NCBI GenBank assembly: GCA_958295725.1
Contig: OY282368.1
Location: 1,282,124 to 1,346,123 of the forward strand
DNA from: an uncultured Alphaproteobacteria bacterium
Lineage (GTDB): Bacteria; Pseudomonadota; Alphaproteobacteria; UBA2966
Length of the DNA stretch: 64,000 bases
Reading direction: 5' to 3'
This document shows, piece after piece, positions 59,814 to 64,000 of the stretch. A model generated the notes under the pieces. That model worked only from the letters and a program-made list of their open reading frames with translations. It searched no databases and was not told the origin of the DNA. The first letter of the stretch is position 1. Each line of letters begins with the position of its first letter. The translations under genes and the position numbers were made by a program.

Positions 59814-60323
59814 ATGGGCGGCGGCTACCGCGGTTTCATGAAGGCGACGATGCCGGCCCTGGCCACCGGCATCGCGTTGGGCGGGTGTTTCGATCCCGGA
59901 ACCGATTGCTGGGACCGGGAGCGATACCAGGCCGCGGCGCGAAACCCGGGCGGTCCGATCCACGAGATACGGGCCGGGACGCACCCTGGAGAGGTCGTGG
60001 TCGAAAACCCGGACAACTGGTGGACGGGCGTCCGGTTCACGGGCGAGTCGTGCCGGATGGAGGTCGAGCACCGACCGGAAGGGACGTACGTCCGCGCGTC
60101 TTTCCTGGACGCGGCGGTGAGGCTGCGCGTGCGCATGGGCCCGGAGGACAGCCCGTTCTTTTCCGGAGAGACCGCGGACGGGAAGGCCGTCGTCCTGCAA
60201 CACCATCTGGGCCGCCCCGTGTCGCTGACGCTGACCCACTACCGGGCGGACGGGACGCTGAGCTACGGGGCCTGCGGCGAACCGGGAGAACCCTTTCTGG
60301 AGTGTCACGGCGGACGCGAGTAG
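59814..60323 (+). CDS. Small predicted lipoprotein of unknown function
   Basis: RBS GAAGGAGGGA. Lipobox IALGGC. 169 aa, with no recognisable family. Confidence 0.45.
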   Translation: MGGGYRGFMKATMPALATGIALGGCFDPGTDCWDRERYQAAARNPGGPIHEIRAGTHPGEVVVENPDNWWTGVRFTGESCRMEVEHRPEGTYVRASFLDAAVRLRVRMGPEDSPFFSGETADGKAVVLQHHLGRPVSLTLTHYRADGTLSYGACGEPGEPFLECHGGRE

Positions 60324-60501
60324 GGATTGCCGGGCTTCTCGACCGGAGGTCGCCACGGCTTCGGCGAGACCGGACGCGGATTGACTCGCGCGGCGCGCCG
60401 TCGTCTGATTTTACGGGAACGCGCCGCCAACCGCGGACAGCCGCCACGATCGTCCGCGTCTCGCCGATATCCGCCGCCCGTCCAACGACAGGGAAGCCCG
60501 C

Positions 60502-61446
60502 ATGACATCGACCCCGTCCCGAATCGTTTCCCTGCTTCCCAGTGCTACGGAAATCGTGTCCGCAGTGGGCCATCGGGACGCGCTGGTCGGCCGCTCCCAC
60601 GAGTGCGACTTTCCGGCCGGCGTCGAGGCCCTGCCGGTCTGTACCCGGCCGCGTGTGAAACTGGACGGGAGTAGCTTCGAAATCGACCGTGAAGTCAAGG
60701 CGATCGTCGAACAAGCTCTATCCGTATATGAAATCCTGGAAGATACCTTGAAGCACCTGTCGCCCGAGATCGTCGTGACCCAGGACAGATGCGAGGTGTG
60801 CGCCGTCTCGCTGTCCGACGTCGAGGCCGCGGTCCGCGAACGGATCGGCGGCGACGTCGATATCGTTTCGCTCACGGCGGAGTCCACGGAAGCCGTGTAC
60901 GAAGACATCCGACGGGTCGCCGCGGCACTCGATGCCGTCGAGGACGGCGCCGTCGTCGTCGAGCGGATGCGAAGCCGCTTCGCCGAAATCTCGGAGCGCG
61001 CGGCGGAGTTCGACGACCGTCCGCGAGTCGCCTGTATCGAATGGGCGGATCCCCTGATGGCGGCCGGCAATTGGATTCCGGAATTCGTCTCCGCGGCGGG
61101 CGGCGAGGACCCGTTCGGGGAGGCCGGCGAGCATTCGCGGTGGCTGGACTGGGAGACGCTCGCGGACGCCGACCCCGACGCGATCGTCCTGATGCCCTGC
61201 GGCTACGACCTCGGACGGACGCGCGAGGAAGCGGACCTGCTCTCCGGGGACCCCCGTTGGCGGGGCCTGCGGGCGGCGAGGGAGGGGTGGGCCTTCGCCG
61301 TCGACGGCAACGCCTGGTTCAATCGTCCCGGTCCGCGCCTGCTGGACTCGCTGGAGATGATGGCCGAGATGCTGCATCCGGAGCGCTTCTCGTTCGGTCA
61401 CGAGGGGCGCGGATGGATACGTCTTCCGGCGGCGGACGCGGCCTGA
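60502..61446 (+). CDS. BtuF/FecB-like (class III periplasmic-binding-protein fold) cobalamin/iron-complex binding protein, apparently without a signal peptide
   Basis: Conserved N-terminal RIVSLLPSATEIV and two-lobe architecture. The N-terminus is not hydrophobic. Confidence 0.6.
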   Translation: MTSTPSRIVSLLPSATEIVSAVGHRDALVGRSHECDFPAGVEALPVCTRPRVKLDGSSFEIDREVKAIVEQALSVYEILEDTLKHLSPEIVVTQDRCEVCAVSLSDVEAAVRERIGGDVDIVSLTAESTEAVYEDIRRVAAALDAVEDGAVVVERMRSRFAEISERAAEFDDRPRVACIEWADPLMAAGNWIPEFVSAAGGEDPFGEAGEHSRWLDWETLADADPDAIVLMPCGYDLGRTREEADLLSGDPRWRGLRAAREGWAFAVDGNAWFNRPGPRLLDSLEMMAEMLHPERFSFGHEGRGWIRLPAADAA

Positions 61447-61529
61447 GCGAGCCGCGCCCGTCCTCGACCCCGCCGCGCGCGGGCGGCAAGCGGGGAGGCC
61501 GGCGGGGCGGCCCGTGGGGCGTCTTGTGG

Positions 61530-62357
61530 ATGCTGGGCGCGATCTGTTCGTTCGCGACGCTGGCGCTGGCGGGACGCGCGCTCGCCGGGGAGCTCGACGC
61601 TTTCCAGATCATGCTCTACCGGAGCGTTATTTCCCTGCTCATCGTCGTCGGCCTGCTGGCGCTCGGCGGATTCGGGGAAACGGGCTTCGGTCAGTTGCGA
61701 ACCTCGGTCCCCGCCTTTCATCTCGGCCGTAACCTCGTCCATTACGTCGGCCAGTACAGCTGGTTCTACGCGCTTCCATTGATCCCGCTGGCGCAGATAA
61801 CGGCACTCGAGTTCAGCGCCCCGGTCTGGACGGTCCTGCTCGCTGCCGCGGTCCTCGGCGAGCGGTTGACCGCCCGGCGAGGTCTCGCCGTCCTCCTCGG
61901 CTTCGGCGGGATTCTGGCCATCCTCCGTCCCGGCGCGGTTCCGGTCGAGCCGGCGGCCCTTGTCGTGCTCGGGGCGGCGTTCTGCTACGCCGTCGTCTTC
62001 GTCGTCACCAAGCGCATGACGGCGACCGAAACGCCGCTCGCCATCCTGTTCTACATGTTCCTGATCCAGTCCGCGGTCGGCCTCGGTCCGGCGCTTCCGG
62101 GGTTCGTCGTACCCCCGACGGAGGACTGGCCCTGGGTGTTCGCGGTGGGCGTCACCGGCCTCTCTGCCCACTACTGCCTGACGCGCGCCTTCATGGCCGC
62201 CGAGGCGAGCGTCGTGGTGCCGGTCGATTTCCTGCGCCTGCCGTTGCTCGGCGTCGTCGGCTGGCTGCTCTACGGCGAGGGCGTGGACGGGTGGCTGATC
62301 GTGGGCGCAGGGCTGATCCTCTCCAGCGTCTGGATCAACGTCCGCGCGGGCGCGTGA
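61530..62357 (+). CDS. EamA/DMT-family transporter
   Basis: 10-TM protein with duplicated EamA halves. A TTG at 61524 or a start further upstream is possible. Confidence 0.6.
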   Translation: MLGAICSFATLALAGRALAGELDAFQIMLYRSVISLLIVVGLLALGGFGETGFGQLRTSVPAFHLGRNLVHYVGQYSWFYALPLIPLAQITALEFSAPVWTVLLAAAVLGERLTARRGLAVLLGFGGILAILRPGAVPVEPAALVVLGAAFCYAVVFVVTKRMTATETPLAILFYMFLIQSAVGLGPALPGFVVPPTEDWPWVFAVGVTGLSAHYCLTRAFMAAEASVVVPVDFLRLPLLGVVGWLLYGEGVDGWLIVGAGLILSSVWINVRAGA

Positions 62358-62383
62358 CGGGATTCGACCGGAATGGCCGGGGT

Positions 62384-63124
62384 TCAGAGCACGGTCGCCG
62401 CGACTCCCACCACCGCCAGCAGCCACAGCGCGACGCGGCGATAGAGCGCTCCGGAGGTGCCGCGGAAGATCCGCGAGCCGATCCACAGGGATGTCATGTA
62501 GGTGGGCAGATAGACCAGCATCTTGAGCAGGTCGGCGGCGGCCACGCCGCCCCCGGCGGCGAGGAAGGCGAGGCCGGCGGCGGTCAGTGCGCCGATGATG
62601 ACGATCAGGTTCGCCCGGATCGTCGCCACGGGTTCGGGCGACGAGATGAGGTAGAGTGTGGCGATGGCGCCGCCGACCCCGCCGAGGCCCGTCACCAGGC
62701 CGCAGGCCGCGCCGACGGCGCAGCCGATTGCCGTCGTCCGCGGGCCGCGCCAGCTCCAGCCGCGCAGCATGGCGATGGCGCACGCGAGCACGAAGACGCC
62801 GATCCCCCGGCGCACGAGATCGGGGTCGATCGTCAGCAGCAGCCAGGTGCCGAACGGCATCGAGACCAGGGCGGCGAGGACGAGGGGGACGAAGAGGCGA
62901 CGACTCGCCAGTGGCAGCGCGCCCGGCATCAGCTGGACGGTGCCGACCGCCCCGCACGCCAGGACCACGGCGATGGCCGAGGTCGGCCCGTAGATCAGGC
63001 CGAGGAGGGGAATGGCGAAGATGGCGCCGCCGAACCCCGTGTACCCGCGGAGCACGCCGGCGCCCAACCCCACCGCCAGCGTCGCCGCCGTGGAGGCGGA
63101 AAGGAGGTCGGCGAGGATGTTCAT
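62384..63124 (-). CDS. TauE/SafE (DUF81) family sulfite/anion exporter
   Basis: 7-8 TM, glycine-rich helices (GFGGAIFAIPLL). An alternative start at 63139 exists. Confidence 0.65.
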   Translation of the reverse strand: MNILADLLSASTAATLAVGLGAGVLRGYTGFGGAIFAIPLLGLIYGPTSAIAVVLACGAVGTVQLMPGALPLASRRLFVPLVLAALVSMPFGTWLLLTIDPDLVRRGIGVFVLACAIAMLRGWSWRGPRTTAIGCAVGAACGLVTGLGGVGGAIATLYLISSPEPVATIRANLIVIIGALTAAGLAFLAAGGGVAAADLLKMLVYLPTYMTSLWIGSRIFRGTSGALYRRVALWLLAVVGVAATVL

Positions 63125-63231
63125 GCGTTTCCCTAACATATGGTCCGGCGCCGGGGAATCGTGCTAGATACCGCCTTGCCCGCGCAGCGGGACGCTCGCG
63201 GAATCCGGACACGATCGGGGAGGATCGACCC

Positions 63232-63768
63232 ATGGACATCGCCTCGCACCTCGAGAAGGTGAAGCGGTTCGAGCGCTACAGGGCCAAGCTCGACCCGGAG
63301 AAGGAGTTCGAGATGTGGTACTGGATGTCGCTCAGTGGCGGCACCAGCGTCGTCAATGCCGCCCTGCACGCGGCCGGATTGACCGACGACGGCGACTACT
63401 TCTGCACCCAGTCGGTCGACGTCTACATGCGCGACGGCAAGCGCGACGACCCGGGGTCCTGGAAGCCCGGGTTCATGTGGGACGCGGACCTCATCCATAT
63501 CCACATGCCCGAGATATCCAAGCCGCTGACGCCCAAGATCGAGAAGGCCTACGCGGCGATGCAGGTGCTCGAGGACGTGCGCGACCCCTGCGTGCGCGGC
63601 GGCAGGAAGATCACGAAGAAGATCGTCCGCGACGTCGATGCCGCGTTCACGACCGCCGTGACCCTGTGTCGCGAAGTGGTCGAGGAAGCGGGCGCCGGAG
63701 AGGAGAAGGCGCCGGCGAAGCCGCGCCGCACGGCGACCCGAGCCGGAGGAGGGAGGAAACGCCGATGA
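63232..63768 (+). CDS. Hypothetical protein (first of two tandem paralogues)
   Basis: 178 aa with no family recognised. Shares the W..N(A)ALH..GL.DD.D core with the next ORF. Confidence 0.4.
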   Translation: MDIASHLEKVKRFERYRAKLDPEKEFEMWYWMSLSGGTSVVNAALHAAGLTDDGDYFCTQSVDVYMRDGKRDDPGSWKPGFMWDADLIHIHMPEISKPLTPKIEKAYAAMQVLEDVRDPCVRGGRKITKKIVRDVDAAFTTAVTLCREVVEEAGAGEEKAPAKPRRTATRAGGGRKRR

Positions 63769-64000
63769 CCCCCGAGTTCCACCGCGACAAGGCCAAAAGG
63801 ATCGCGCGCGCCATGCGCCATTTCACGGCGCGGGACTACGAGGCCGTGATCGAAGGCTGCATGTTGGCCGGCACTCACTGGTTCAACGCCGCCCTGCACA
63901 AGTTCGGCCTGTTCCCGGACGACCATGACGTGTTGCACGCCGAATATCTGCACAACGCCGACCGCACCCGGATAAACATCGTCGCGCCGCAGATGCTGAC
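63765..64000 (+). CDS. Hypothetical protein, paralogue of the previous ORF (3' end truncated by the window)
   Basis: ATGA overlap with the upstream stop. MTPEFHRDKAKRIARAM...WFNAALHKFGLFPDDHD. Confidence 0.35.
   Translation, partial: MTPEFHRDKAKRIARAMRHFTARDYEAVIEGCMLAGTHWFNAALHKFGLFPDDHDVLHAEYLHNADRTRINIVAPQML

Overview
This is a 64 kb window of very GC-rich (about 70 % GC) bacterial chromosome, probably proteobacterial. Most of it is tightly packed housekeeping and catabolic genes, many translationally coupled with 4-bp ATGA/GTGA overlaps. They include: an ECF sigma factor with a vWA-domain anti-sigma partner; ssb; a minus-strand cluster of inositol-1-phosphate synthase, an RND (MMPL/HpnN-like) exporter and an NAD-dependent epimerase; hsp20; a periplasmic carotenoid-cleavage oxygenase; two Liv-type ABC transporter operons; gamma-glutamyltransferase convergent with a hyuA/hyuB hydantoinase/oxoprolinase pair; a long minus-strand catabolic cluster (membrane desaturase, Rieske ferredoxin, TPR protein, class-III aminotransferase, FAD/Fe-S fumarate-reductase-like pair, acyl-CoA ligase, enoyl-CoA hydratase, hydroxyacid dehydrogenase); a BetC-like sulfatase; gcdH; a TauD-family dioxygenase; and an aldehyde dehydrogenase. 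Two stretches, roughly 39.4-44.6 kb and 54.2-60.3 kb, look accessory. (1) A 3.2-kb module is present twice in direct orientation. Each copy has a sigma70-like promoter, then a 13-bp tandem repeat CACGGGGCCTCTT (10 copies upstream of the first gene, 2 upstream of the second), then a lipoprotein with TbpB/fHbp-like C-terminal signature, then a Slam/DUF560 (type XI secretion) outer-membrane protein. The two Slam copies are near-identical, while the two lipoproteins differ in their central parts. (2) An array of eleven 45-46-bp tandem repeats lies in the gcdH upstream region. It is followed by an ISNCY/IS481-like insertion sequence that carries about 38-bp terminal inverted repeats and is flanked by a 14-bp direct repeat. 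A solitary terminal repeat unit reappears after the first Slam gene. (3) Five head-to-tail DUF1640-like small coiled-coil/transmembrane paralogs are bounded by an IS5 transposase remnant on one side and a tRNA-Gly-like 3' fragment on the other. (4) A stand-alone class-II Fic protein sits in a locally low-GC patch. It carries the HPFxDGNGRxxR active-site motif, an N-terminal TGIIEN inhibitory motif and a 230-residue uncharacterised acidic C-terminal domain. No CRISPR array, rRNA gene or intact tRNA gene was found.
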